64,000 nucleotides of DNA from assembly GCA_037447605.1 (NCBI GenBank), contig CM074820.1:310001-374000 (forward strand), given 5' to 3'. The notes under the pieces were generated by a model. That model worked only from the letters and a program-made list of their open reading frames with translations. It ran no database searches and was not told the DNA's origin. The number at the start of each line of letters is the position of its first letter. The stretch's first letter is position 1. The position numbers were made by a program, and so were the translations under genes. The stretch is from Zygnema circumcarinatum SAG 698-1b. Taxonomy: Eukaryota; Plantae; Zygnematophyceae. This document shows positions 53,035 to 64,000 of this stretch, piece by piece.

Positions 53035-53773
53035 TGTAACGAGAGATAAAACTCCGCCCCGGCACAAGGGAAAAACACTTCGACCGACACCCGAGTTGAG
53101 AGAGAGAGAGGCCGAGGAAAGCTTCCCGAGTGGCGCAGCCACAGAGGGGTGCAACCGAGATGCCGATATGCACGTTGGTTGGGTGACGAAGCGGTCACCC
53201 TACGCCCTACGCTTCCCAGGTTAGTTACTCTACCGGCGCGGGAAGTTAGGCGGTGTCCAATGGCGGGGGCTGCCCGCGTGGCCCTCGACTCAAATGGGGT
53301 GAGGAGGTGTACACCAACACCAAGAATGCGCATTGGCGTGCGCCCGCAGAGCTGGCGAGCGCCCGGCAGGCAAAGAGTGCACCGCAGTGGGATTCTACAG
53401 CGGCGGCCTTGGCGGCTTGTCGGCTGCTGTCGCATTACCAACGGTATGAATTTAAAACTAATATGCGGACGAGCAGGAATCAAAAGGGGATCGGGCGGCG
53501 GATCCAGCGAAGACGGATTGGTCCGTGGTGCCGTTAGTAAGTGATCTACTCCTGCGAGAGGAGGGACCTTGGCTTGTGGCAGTAAGGGCCCATAGGAGTA
53601 TGTGAGCCCACGGGTGAGCAGATTCTGGATTCCGAACCTAGGTCCCTCGGAATGCGTCCTATAGGGTATCCAGATGCCCTAGCAGATTAGGTATTGCATT
53701 GGATGGAAACATAAAGCCACGCCGGGCTCTAAGTAACCCTTCCCCCTTGGGGTGACTGTAGCGTTTCGCTACA
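53035..53773 (-). mobile_element. LTR (family 'X'), copy 1; noisy or diverged
   Basis: Minus strand runs TGTAGCGAAACGCTACA...CGTTACA. First ~85 bp are identical to 56704-56620; the rest is an indel-rich match. It abuts RNase H coding (..RFDCK|). Confidence 0.75.
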
Positions 53774-54933
53774 CACTTGCAGTCGAACCGTTGGAGGAAC
53801 TCAGACCAGCGTGCCTGCCGCCTCGAAAGAGTTTGCTGCGTGGAGAGGAACGTCAGTGGACGGTGGTCCGTGACCAGCGTGACTGCCACCGCCCCCTCTA
53901 AATAGCAACGCCATGTCCTCAGGGCGTGAACCACAGCCAAGAGCTCTTGCTCTGTGGCGGATTAGTTTCGCTCAGCTGGGTTCATTTTGCGACTTTCATA
54001 AGCAAGAGGTTGGTCGTCTTGGAACAAGACCGCACCCAAAGCGAACCCAGAGGCGTCACAGACCACCTCATACGGTAAGGTGGGATCAGCCAACCTCAAC
54101 GTAGGTGCTGTTACAAGCGCATGTCTCACACCATCAAAGGCCGTCTGGCATTCTGGTGTCCACGCATAGGCGACACCGGAACGTGTCAAGTTGGTAAGCG
54201 GAGTTACCAACTTACTAAAGCCTTGGATAAATTTACGAAAATAATTCGCAAATCCAAGAAAAGATCGCAACTGATGAAGATCAGCCGGTACAGCCCATGT
54301 CTTTACAGCAGACACCTTGGCTGGATCAGGTTTCAAACCCTGATCATTCAAGATATGCCCAAGATACAACAGCTCACGTTGCATGAAGTTACATTTCTTT
54401 CGCTTGGCAACAAACGTGTGTTTCCGCAACACCTCNNNNNNNNNNGCCGACGAACATTTCGTTCATCACGGCTTGGAAGGTAGCCGGAGCATTGGTCAGT
54501 CCAAAAGGTAGCACCTTGTATTGGAAATGGCCAATCGGCGTCCGAAAAGCCGTCTTAGGTACATCAGCGTCCGTGACACGGATCTGATGATACCCTTGCG
54601 CAAGATCAAGCGAGGTGAATACTTTCGCCCCCTGCAGACGATCTAGCAAATCGTCAATGCGCGGTAAAGCAAATCTGTTCTTTACCGTGATCTTGTTAAG
54701 TGCCCGATAATCGATGCACATACGCAAAGACCCATCCTTCTTACCAACGAAGAGGATGGGAGCCCCAAAGGGACTCTGGCTGGGCTCAATCCAGCCCTTA
54801 TCACGCAGGTTAGCGAGTTGCTTTCGCATCTCCTCACTCTCCTTCGGACTAAGCCTATAGATAGGCCTCCAAGGAGGTTTCTGTTCTGGCTCAAGGGGTA
54901 TGGTATGCCCCACCCCTCTGGCAGGAGGCAGAC
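53774..54933 (-). mobile_element. Gypsy family A RT and RNase H fragments (gap at 54436-54445)
   Basis: [45 protein letters not shown]...QARWSEFL. Confidence 0.95.
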
Positions 54934-55112
54934 TGTAACAACCTGCCCCCCTGGCAGGCTGCTCTGAGAGTCTAAGTGTCAAGAGAGGAAGAGAGAGAGA
55001 GAGGAGCGTGAGCTCAATGCTGGTACAAAGAGCTCGGATGGTCTCCCATCCGGGCGCAGCCCCCTTAAGCTCCCCCCGTTGAACCCCCTACCAGCATGGA
55101 GGACCGGGAGCG
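54934..55112 (-). mobile_element. 3' end of a family 'Y' LTR joined to family A pol
   Basis: Reverse complement of 29430-29606, ending GGTTGTTACA, then GTCTGCCTCC (pol G-L-P-P). Confidence 0.75.
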
Positions 55113-55122
55113 NNNNNNNNNN

Positions 55123-55949
55123 ATAATCCGGAGGATTTCTTTCCAGAAATGGCCGGTGAATCGGGTATCACGATCTGAGATGATCTCAGATTGAAGTCCA
55201 TGCTGACTCCAGACCTTGTCAACATATAGCCGTGCTATTTCGTCGGCACCCGCCGTCTTAGCAGTGGCTGCAAAATGCACCATTTTGCTCAGGCGGTCGA
55301 TAAACACGAGGATGGAGTCAAAACCCCGAGCTATCACAGGTAAATCTGTGATCAAATCCATACCCACACTCTCCCACTTCCGGTAAGGAGGGGCGAGGGG
55401 CTGGAGCAAGCCAAGCACACGTCCCGTGCGAGGCTTATCCCGCTGACAAGTTGGGCATGCGAGTACATACGCCTCCACGTCCGCTGTAATTCCGGGCCAC
55501 CAGAATTCTCGGAGTAGTGCTTCACGGGTTTTGGCAACTCCCATATGGCCCCTGTACGGAGGATCGTGCATCTCACTCAGTATGAGCTGCCGTACAGATC
55601 CAGCCTTGGGTACGACTAACTGCTTATCGTGGTACCAAAAATTGTTTTTGAGCACGAGCTTGTACTTATAGCCAGTGCCTTGGCCGTCCAGGAACAAAGG
55701 ATCACCAGTGTACCCCTCCTGAATCATCTGTCTGAAATCAGAGAGAGCAGGAGGGTTGACTGCGTCACTGGTGGAAGGGTTTATGACAAAACATACTGGA
55801 GATGTAAACGCTGGGTTGGCCGGCCCTTCGTCTCCACCATCTCGTACCACCAACACTCGAGTCGACGAGCGCACCATCCAGGCTAGATGAATGGGTTGCC
55901 TGCTAAGTGGGTCCGCTACATTCAGCCTACCAGGCCTGTATACCCACTT
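55123..55949 (-). mobile_element. Gypsy family A RNase H end, integrase zinc finger and core start
   Basis: In-frame KWVYRPGRLNVADPLSR...HDPPYRGHMG...CPTCQR...MDLITDLP. Confidence 0.93.
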
Positions 55950-56704
55950 TGTAACGGCTGAGATCTGACTCCTTCAGCCTGCGCGGAAAAACACTCGACC
56001 AGCACTTCGAGTTCAGAGAGAGAGAGAGAGAGAGAGAGCAAGAGAGCGAGAGCTTCAGAGAGTGGCGCAGCCCTGGGCAGGGGTGCAACCGAATGCCGGT
56101 ACGTTGGTTGGGTGACGACAGTCACCCTCGCCCCTTTACGCTTCCCCCGTTGAACCTCCTACCAGCATGGAGGATTGGAGCCGAGCGTCGATGTGACCGC
56201 CGATGTCCTCTACGACTCAAATGGAGTGAAGGTGGCCTGCTGTCACAGTGGTTACCGCATTCCCTTGGCGTGCGCAACATGGCCTTGCCCGTATATCCTT
56301 TGCGGTCGGATCCCCTACAGCAGCGCGGCCTTGAAGGTCGGCAGCCGGCTGTCCCGCTTTCCAACGGGTAACGTTATTATGCCGGACGAAACGGAAGAAA
56401 GTCAAGGGGATCGGTAGCGGCCCGAGATGCTTCCGCGAAGATTTCGGATTGGTCGGTAATTTGCCGTTGATCGTGATCCTCCTCTACTGGCGAGAAGGAG
56501 GGACCTTCAACGGCGTGGGGCCCATAGAGATTAAGTGGCGGCCCCACGGGTGAACCAGTTCTTATGGTTCGAACCTAGGACCTCCGTCGTCCTATAGGGT
56601 ATCCGATGCCCTAACCGTTAGGTATTGCATTGGATGGAAACATAAAGCCACGCCGGGCTCTAAGTAACCCTTCCCCCTTGGGGTGACTGTAGCGTTTCGC
56701 TACA
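55950..56704 (-). mobile_element. 3' LTR (family 'X', 755 bp) of Gypsy family B
   Basis: Preceded on the minus strand by the chromodomain ORF and a polypurine tract AGGGGGGGAGGAG (56707-56720). Termini TGTAGCG...CGTTACA. Followed by AAGTG, which matches the AAGTG flank at 53778-53774. Confidence 0.88.
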
Positions 56705-59700
56705 TTACTCCTCCCCCCCTGTGAGAATGTGAACGCCCTCGTTCACGTGTGTGGGGTAGTAAAAGGCATCTAAATGGATTTCAGCGACACTTGTGATCGA
56801 ACTCTCTGTGATAACGGAGAATTTCGGCCGATAATCGGTCAGTCCGCTTCAGGGTTCGCGGGGACGGCCGGGAACCCAGGTGCCGCCCTCGCGCTCTATG
56901 ACGGCCTCGGTACAAGTTGATGAGCTCTGGCAATTGGTTAAGTTGCCCTCGGCTTCCCATGTGCTATGTTCAACCCCATAGCCCAACCACTTCACGAGAA
57001 ACTCGTGATGGGATCTACGACCCTTTTGCACTGTTCGGTGGGTTTGAATGGCTTCAACCTCATACTCAAGGTCGCCTTCAATCTCCACTGGTGTGGGGAG
57101 GTGGTTGGATCCTCCCATCGCTACGGTAGACCTTTAGCAAACCCACATGAAAGACCGGATGCACCTTCATGTGGGATGGTAAATCCAACCTGTAAGCGAC
57201 ATCATTGATTCGCTTCCACGACCCTAAAAGGTCCGATGAAGCGGGGCCACAGCTTACGTGTTCCGCCATAAGCTTTGAGTCTCAAGTTCGCCGTACTTAG
57301 CAACACCTCATAAGCCCGTTGAAGGTGAGTTGGAGTCTGGTGACGGTCGGCATAGGCCTTTGTCGCGGCCCGGGCGCTAGAGTCTAGGTGCCCTGCTGAC
57401 GCCTCGGACATTATGGGACAAAAGATCATTGCCGGAGGTTGGGTCCCATCCGATCCCTCGACTTCCAAGGATGCGGGGGTTACGTGGGCGCCCATGTTCC
57501 CTGGTCGGTGATCCCGCTTGGTTCGCGGGGATTTAGAGGATGCTGGCCAAAGTTCAAGAAGAAAGGGGTGGTACCAATGGACTCCTGGTAAGCATTATTG
57601 ATGGCATACTCAGCCACTGGGAGCAGATCGTCCCACCCATCCGNAGTAGGTCCCACATAATGCGGAGGTAATCCACTCCAGGATCCCCATTCACCCGTTA
57701 AAGATGCGGCCATCGGTTCGGGTGGTGGAAAGGCTGTACTCAACGCCTGCTTGGTCCCAACGATTTTGAGCACTTCCGTCCAAAAATGGCCGGTGAATCG
57801 TGGATCACGGTCAGACACAATGTCTGACTGAAGACCATGCTGGCTCCACACTTTGTCAACATACAGCCGTGCAATCTCGTCGGCCCCAGCGGTCTTAGTA
57901 GTTGGTGCAAAATGCACCATCTTGCTGAGTCGATCGACAAAGACGAGGATGGAGTCATGCCCCCGAGGTGTGACAGGAAGATCTGTGATCAAGTCCATAC
58001 CCACACTGTCCCATTTCCGAAAAGGAGGTGTGAGGGGTTGCAGCTGGCCAGGGATCCTGCCAGTGCGGGGTTTGTTTCGTTGACAAGTTGGACAAGCGAG
58101 TACATACGCTTTCACATCCCTCGAGAGTCCAGGCCACCAGAACTCTCGGAGCAGTGCCTCACGGGTTTTGGCAACTCCCATGTGACCTCGGTACGGAGGA
58201 TCATGTAGCTCACCCAGAATGAGNNNNNNNNNNTCAAGGGGGTAACCAGTTTACTAAACCCTTGGATGAACTTACGAAAATAATTCGCAAAGCCCAGAAA
58301 AGACCTCAACTGGTGCAGGTCAGTCGGTGGCGCCCAAGTTTCTACCGCGGAAACTTTGGCAGGATCAGGTCGAAGACCCTGATCATTGAGGATATGCCCA
58401 AGATAAAGCAACTCACGTTGCATGAAGTGACACTTCTTCCTCTTGGCATAAAATTGGTGTTTCCTCAGGGGGTCTCAAACACTTTCCGAAAGTGTTCAAG
58501 ATGTTCCTCCTATCTGTCGCCCTGCGAGAAACCAAGATATCATCGAGGTAACCAAAAACAAAACTTCGTCCATGCGATGAACATTCGTTCATCACGGCCT
58601 GGAAAGTTGCCGGAGCATTAGTCAATCCAAAGGGCAACACCTTATATTGGAAATGACCAATCGGCGTCCGGAACGCAGTTTTTGGCACATCAGCTTCCGT
58701 AACACGGATTTGATGGTACCCCTGAGCAAGGTCGAGTGAAGTAAACACTCTGGCGCCGTGAAGACGATCCAACAGATCATCAATACGTGGTAAAGCAAAA
58801 CGGTTCTTTACGGTGATCTTGTTGAGTGCGCGATAATCAATGCACATCCTCAACGAACCATCTTTCTTCCCAACAAACAAGATGGGCGCCCCAAAGGGGC
58901 TTTGACTGGGTTCTATCCAGCCCTTGTCACGTAAAGTTGCCAACTGGTTTCGCATCTCTTCGGTTTCTTTTGGACTTAACCGATAGATCGGCCGCCAAGG
59001 CGGCTTTTGCTTAGGCTCAAGAGGGATTGTATGCCCCAATCCTCGAGAAGGTGGCAACCCTCTTGGAAGGTCGTCAGGGAAAACATCCCTGAACTCATCC
59101 AACAGAGGTTGGATTTTGGGTGGAACGGCCGAGAGCACATCCGTAGATGTGATCTGCCATTCCTGATCTTCGTCATGAACATCCTCAGTGGCTGCCATGA
59201 CATGCACCATGAACAAGGTGCAACCTTCCTTAACTGCTTTGGCCAATTGCATAGCTGAGCAGAGATAAGGAGTAGCAGGCTGCTTGATAGCAGCGGATGT
59301 GGCTTTGCCGGAGTGCGAGGGTAAGCCGCTTTATCCTGCTTGTCGCGAGAAATACAATGTGGGACAAGAAAAGTCCATTGTGCTTTGACCATAGTTAACC
59401 AAGCACTCCCAAAAATAACATCGGTACCGGGGCGGTTGTGTTAGAACCTTATTTGCCGGGGTAGAATGAGCTTGATCTTGGCGGAAGGTGTGTGGCGCTA
59501 CGAAGTCTGGCCGCCTGCGTCCATCCCGTAACACTTTACTACGAATGGGGATCTGTGGTCAGCAAATCTCTGGGTGAAACAGCGGAAACTAGCTAAAGTC
59601 CAACGTCGCACCGATTATCTAGCGATAGAAGCTGGCGGGTGGCCGATAGGCTGACGATGAAAGGTCATATGCGATGGGCAAGATGGAACATAGATGCGCA

Positions 59701-60391
59701 CTATATCCGAGGGTTGAGGAACCCGGCGGAGTCCTCCCACCTGTGTGTAGGGGTGAGCCAACGGCAAAATTTGGTGGATCCTTCCATCTCTTGCACCAAC
59801 GTGTGCCCTTTCCTCAACTGTTTCACCAACCGCCAAGTGGCGTTGGGAAAGGTGCGAACTGCCATGTGCTGAGGAACCAGCACATGCAGCCCAAGGACAT
59901 GGGAGGTGTTTCCCATGACATGCAAAGCATCCATGGCACATTGCATGAGAACATCATCGCCCATGACATTGGGGATAAAGACATGCCAAGCACCATTCAT
60001 CACTACATCCATGAACCCAGAAGGAGTCACTACAGTGGCAGGGGAAAGAGAAATGGAAGAAGGGAGAACATCAAACACAAAAAGATCGTGTATTCCCAAA
60101 GGTCTGCCAACCAATTTAAGAATGTCCGAGGTTCTAAGAAACAAGTGTCTCCTCGCACTGGTGGCAGCCCTCATCCCTCCCCCTAACCTAGCATGCCCAC
60201 CAGCAACGACCCCTAAGCTGCTGGTGGGTTGGGGTTTTCCGGCCCCTTGCCCTTCTTGTCCTTGGTGTTGAGAGGGCAATCCCGGGCCTTATGCCCCTCC
60301 TTGCGGCAGCGGAAACACTTGTTCTCCCGCTGCATCTTCTCCATTTCCTCTGGAGTCAACTTCTGCGGCCGTGCAGTGGGTGGGCGGGCAG
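56705..60391 (-). mobile_element. Gypsy chromovirus family B internal fragments: Gag knuckle, extra domain, garbled protease, RT, integrase, chromodomain, PPT
   Basis: CCHC knuckle KCFRCRKEGHKARDCP (~60330-60270); RT 59252-58413 (FGYLDDILV); integrase 58181-57480; chromodomain ~57090-56920. Many frameshifts, a gap at 58224-58233 and an isolated N. Confidence 0.9.
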
Positions 60392-60401
60392 NNNNNNNNN
60401 N

Positions 60402-63400
60402 TTACTAAAGCCTTGGATAAACTTACGAAAATAATTCGCAAATCCAAGAAAAGACCGCAACTGATGAAGATCAGCCGGTACAGCCCATGTCTTTACAGCA
60501 GACACCTTGGCTGGATCAGGTTTCAATCCTTGATCATTCAAGATATGCCCAAGATACAGCAGCTCACGTTGCATGAAGTTACATTTCTTTCGCTTGGCAT
60601 AAAACGTGTGTTTCCGCAACACCTCGAACACTTTGCGCACATGCACAAGATGCTCAGCGTCTATCTTGCTGAAAACCAGGATATCATCCAAGTACACAAG
60701 GACAAACTCATCCATGCCGACGAACATTTCGTTCATCACGGCTTGGAAGGTAGCCGGAGCATTGGTCAGTCCAAAAGGTAGCACCTTGTATTGGAAATGG
60801 CCAATCGGCGTCCGAAAAGCCGTCTTAGGTACATCAGCGTCCGTGACACGGATCTGGTGATACCCTTGCGCAAGATCAAGCGAGGTGAACACTTTCGCCC
60901 CCTGCAGACGATCTAGCAAATCGTCAATGCGCGGTAAAGCAAATCTGTTCTTTACCGTGATCTTGTTAAGTGCCCGATAATCGATGCACATACGCAAAGA
61001 CCCATCCTTCTTACCAACGAAGAGGATGGGAGCCCCAAAGGGACTCTGGCTGGGCTCAATCCAGCCCTTATCACGCAGGTTAGCGAGTTGCTTTCGCATC
61101 TCCTCANNNNNNNNNNGGGGATTTAGAGGATGCTGACCAAAGTTCAAGAAGAAAGGAGTGGTACCGATTGATTCTTGGAATGCATTATTAATGGCATACT
61201 CAGCCACCGGGAGCAGTTCATCCCATCCATCCGGGATGGGTCCCACATAATGCCTCAAATAATCTTCCAGAATCCGGTTAACCCTCTCCGTCTGCCCATC
61301 TGTCTGAGGGTGGAAAGCTGTACTCATAGCCTGCTTAGTCCCGATAATACGGAGGATTTCTTTCCAAAAATGCCCTGTGAATCGGGTATCACGATCTGAG
61401 ATGATCTCAGATTGAAGTCCATGCTGACTCCAGACCTTGTCAACATATAGCCGTGCTATCTCGTCGGCTCCCGCTGTCTTAGCAGTGGCTGCAAAATGCA
61501 CCATCTTGCTCAGGCGGTCGACAAACACGAGGATGGAGTCAAAACCCCGAGCTGTCACAGGTAAATCTGTGATTAAGTCCATACCCACACTCTCCCACTT
61601 CCTGTAAGGAGGGGCGAGGGGCTGGAGCAAGCCAGGCACCGGGCCGGTGCGAGGCTTATCCCGTTGACAAGTAGGGCATGCGAGTACATATGCCTCCACG
61701 TCCGCTGTAATTCCGGGCCACCAGAATTCTCGGAGCAGTGCTACAGGTTTGTTACACAGAGCCCTTGGCAGATCGTCTGGGAATACATCCTCAAACGCTT
61801 TCAACAAGGGTTGAAACAAAGTTGGGACAGTTGGCATTGTTTCACCCGCAGTGGGTTGCCACTCCTGGTCCCCGTCATGAGCGTCCTCGGTTGCCGTCAT
61901 GACTTGCACCATAAACAAGATGCTACTCGTTTTTAGTGCTCTGCCCAATTGCATGGCGGAGCACAGAAACGACAAAGATGACCGCGACGAGGCTGGTCCC
62001 AAAGGAGTGCCTGGTTGCACCGTCATGCGTCTTCCTTCACTGCGGAGGACGCAATTAGGGACAACAAAATCTAACTGAGCGCCCATAAGCGTCAGCCATT
62101 TGCTCCCCAAGATAAAGTCTGTTCCTGGGGCTAATAACGTCAACAAGCAGTTGACCACCCCGGAGTAAGACTGAATCTTCAATTTCACGCTGACGCTACC
62201 AGAAATCTGGCCAGTGCGTCCATCCCCGAAAGTTACACTATCGGAATGAGGCTGGACTGCAAACCCTGCAGTCCTGACAAAGGCTGCGCTAACAAAGTTA
62301 GCGTCCGCGCCAGTGTCCAGCAGAACGACCGCTGAGTACCCATCGGCTGAACCTTGAAAGGTCATTGCACGATGAGCCAAGTGGAAAATGGACCGTAGCA
62401 CATTTGGTGCGTGGGGGCGCGCGGTCCGCCACACAAGGGAATGTGGAGATTTCACCAGCACATGGGTGGGAGCTCCAAGCATCCACCTAAGAAGGGAGAA
62501 GCCCTTTTTCCATAGCTTTACCACTTTCCAATCAGTCTGTGCATAAGCCCTAACTGCCACATGTTGTGGGAGCAGGACTCGCAGACTGAGCACATGGTCC
62601 TTCGACCGCAGTAAGCGCAAGGCATCAAATGCACATTGCACTAAGGCATCACTGCCCATGGCATTCAAGATAATTACATGCCATTCACTCATCAAGATAG
62701 CATTTCGGAATGCTGTTGGAGTCACAATCATAGAAGGTAGCAATGAGTAATCAGTGGGGACAACAAGGCACACAAACAACATGTTCCCACTGAAAACTCC
62801 CCCGATCACTTTTAGAATGTCATCCTTCCCTGGAATACAACATTCTTCACCAGTGATAGCAGCTAAAGCGCTGCCCCCTCCTCCATCTATCCCTCCGGCA
62901 GGGACTCCTAAACTGCCGGTGGGGGCCCGTTTTCCGCCGGCCCTTTGCCCTTTCTATCTTTCTTGAAAGATGGGCAGTCGTAAGACCTATGCCCCACCTT
63001 CCTGCAGCGGAAACACTTGTTCTCCGCTTTCAAAGCCTCCATCTCACCGTAGGCCAGTTTGGCGTGGGAGGCGTTGAAGCTGGCGAGGATGAGAGGAGAT
63101 TGCCTTCACTGGATTTCCCCTTTTGGACGACCCATTTCGGCCCGCCCGATTAAGCGGACCGGTCCCGCCTCACCTGCCGGGGGCGGGAAGGCCCTGCACC
63201 ATCTGTAGACCCAGCGTCAGTTTGAACCGCAGCTGCAAACATCTGCTCGTCATCCATAGGTCCCCAAGGTTCCAAGGTACGAGGATTCAGCCGAAGCTGT
63301 TTCCGAACGTACGGCTTCAATCCATGGCTGAACCGGAAGAAGAATTCTTCGGGTCCAGGTGGGAACTTGGTAATTGAAGCCCAAGCCGCACGCAATTCCC

Positions 63401-63749
63401 GTAGGAATTCAGCCACGCTTCCAGTCTGCATGAGCGACTGGAACCTGTCCCGTGCAACAGCACTGGGATCCAGGATGCCAAAGTGTTTGAGAAGTTCCGA
63501 CTCGAACTTCTCAAAGTCTTTGCCGATTAACGCCTTGCGGCCGGCATAGACGCTCCATGCCACGCCCCTCAAAGCGGGTGAAGCAAAGTTCACCCATTGA
63601 TCGGGAGGGCATTGGGTAGAACACAGGTACCCACGCACCTGTCCCATCCAATGATCAATTGGGCAGTCGGCATGCTGTTGGTGCAGGGACTCCTCCACTG
63701 CTGCCGGCTTCTCCACTCGCATCACCTTCCATCGGAGTTCGCGTTCCAA
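60402..63749 (-). mobile_element. Gypsy family A fragments: gag (63749-62908), -1 frame pol with extra domain, aspartic protease, integrase piece; separate RT contig 61106-60402
   Basis: Retrotransposon gag domain (DRFQSLMQTGSVAEF...FSHGLKPYVR), knuckle KCFRCRKVGHRSYDCP, protease [24 protein letters not shown], integrase. Gap at 61107-61116. Confidence 0.93.
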
Positions 63750-64000
63750 TCGATGATGACATTTCCCAAACTCTCACATTCACTCATAGCCCATTTTACT
63801 CACAGAGTGAACCTCTCAGAATATGCACAGCGGAAATAACAGAGAGAAAAGGATAGGAGAAAGCTCTCGGCTCTAAAACTCCTTAATAATAATCTTATCA
63901 ACACAAAATGAGAGACCCCCTCTCAAATAGCCCAATAAACTCAAAAGCCCACTACCTCGCAGCACAAGCAAGTGTAATGTTCAGCAACACGAGCATCAGC

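Noticed and set aside
52774-53035. Apparent truncation of NUP96 by a retrotransposon nest
   Set aside because: A 100-N scaffold gap separates them. Adjacency and distance are unknown, so disruption cannot be claimed.
56705-59700. Many frameshifts in family B as evidence of age or programmed recoding
   Set aside because: The indel-rich garbling (protease 59400-59700, isolated N at ~57644) looks like unpolished long-read consensus, so decay and sequencing error cannot be separated.
60356-62809. 817-aa ORF with integrase upstream of RT (Copia-like domain order in a Gypsy-like sequence)
   Set aside because: The IN-to-RT transition crosses an N gap (61107-61116). It reflects contig order, not a novel architecture.

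Overview
Eukaryotic (plant-lineage, probably streptophyte alga or other non-seed plant; inference) nuclear DNA from a draft assembly with many 10-N gaps and one 100-N gap. Introns carry very long GA/CT microsatellite tracts, which generate most of the low-complexity ORFs in the track. Spliced genes I could reconstruct: 3' end of a phosphoserine phosphatase, a CRAL-TRIO/BCH-domain gene, two head-to-head universal stress protein (UspA) paralogs, two tandem intronless ATL-type RING-H2 E3 ligases, a SMYD (SET+MYND) methyltransferase, a degenerate NUP98-like paralog and a fused NUP98-NUP96 precursor gene with a tandemly duplicated FG exon. Repeats include two copies of a ~945-bp long-TIR non-autonomous DNA element with 8-bp TSDs, small MITEs, a solo LTR, and two nests of chromodomain-bearing Ty3/Gypsy fragments. 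The most unusual signal is in the Gypsy elements. Two diverged families share a -1 frameshift signal (G_GAA_AAC plus a hairpin containing the gag stop) that leads into a conserved, unexplained ~115-aa domain between the Gag zinc knuckle and the protease. Their LTRs begin with terminal hairpins.
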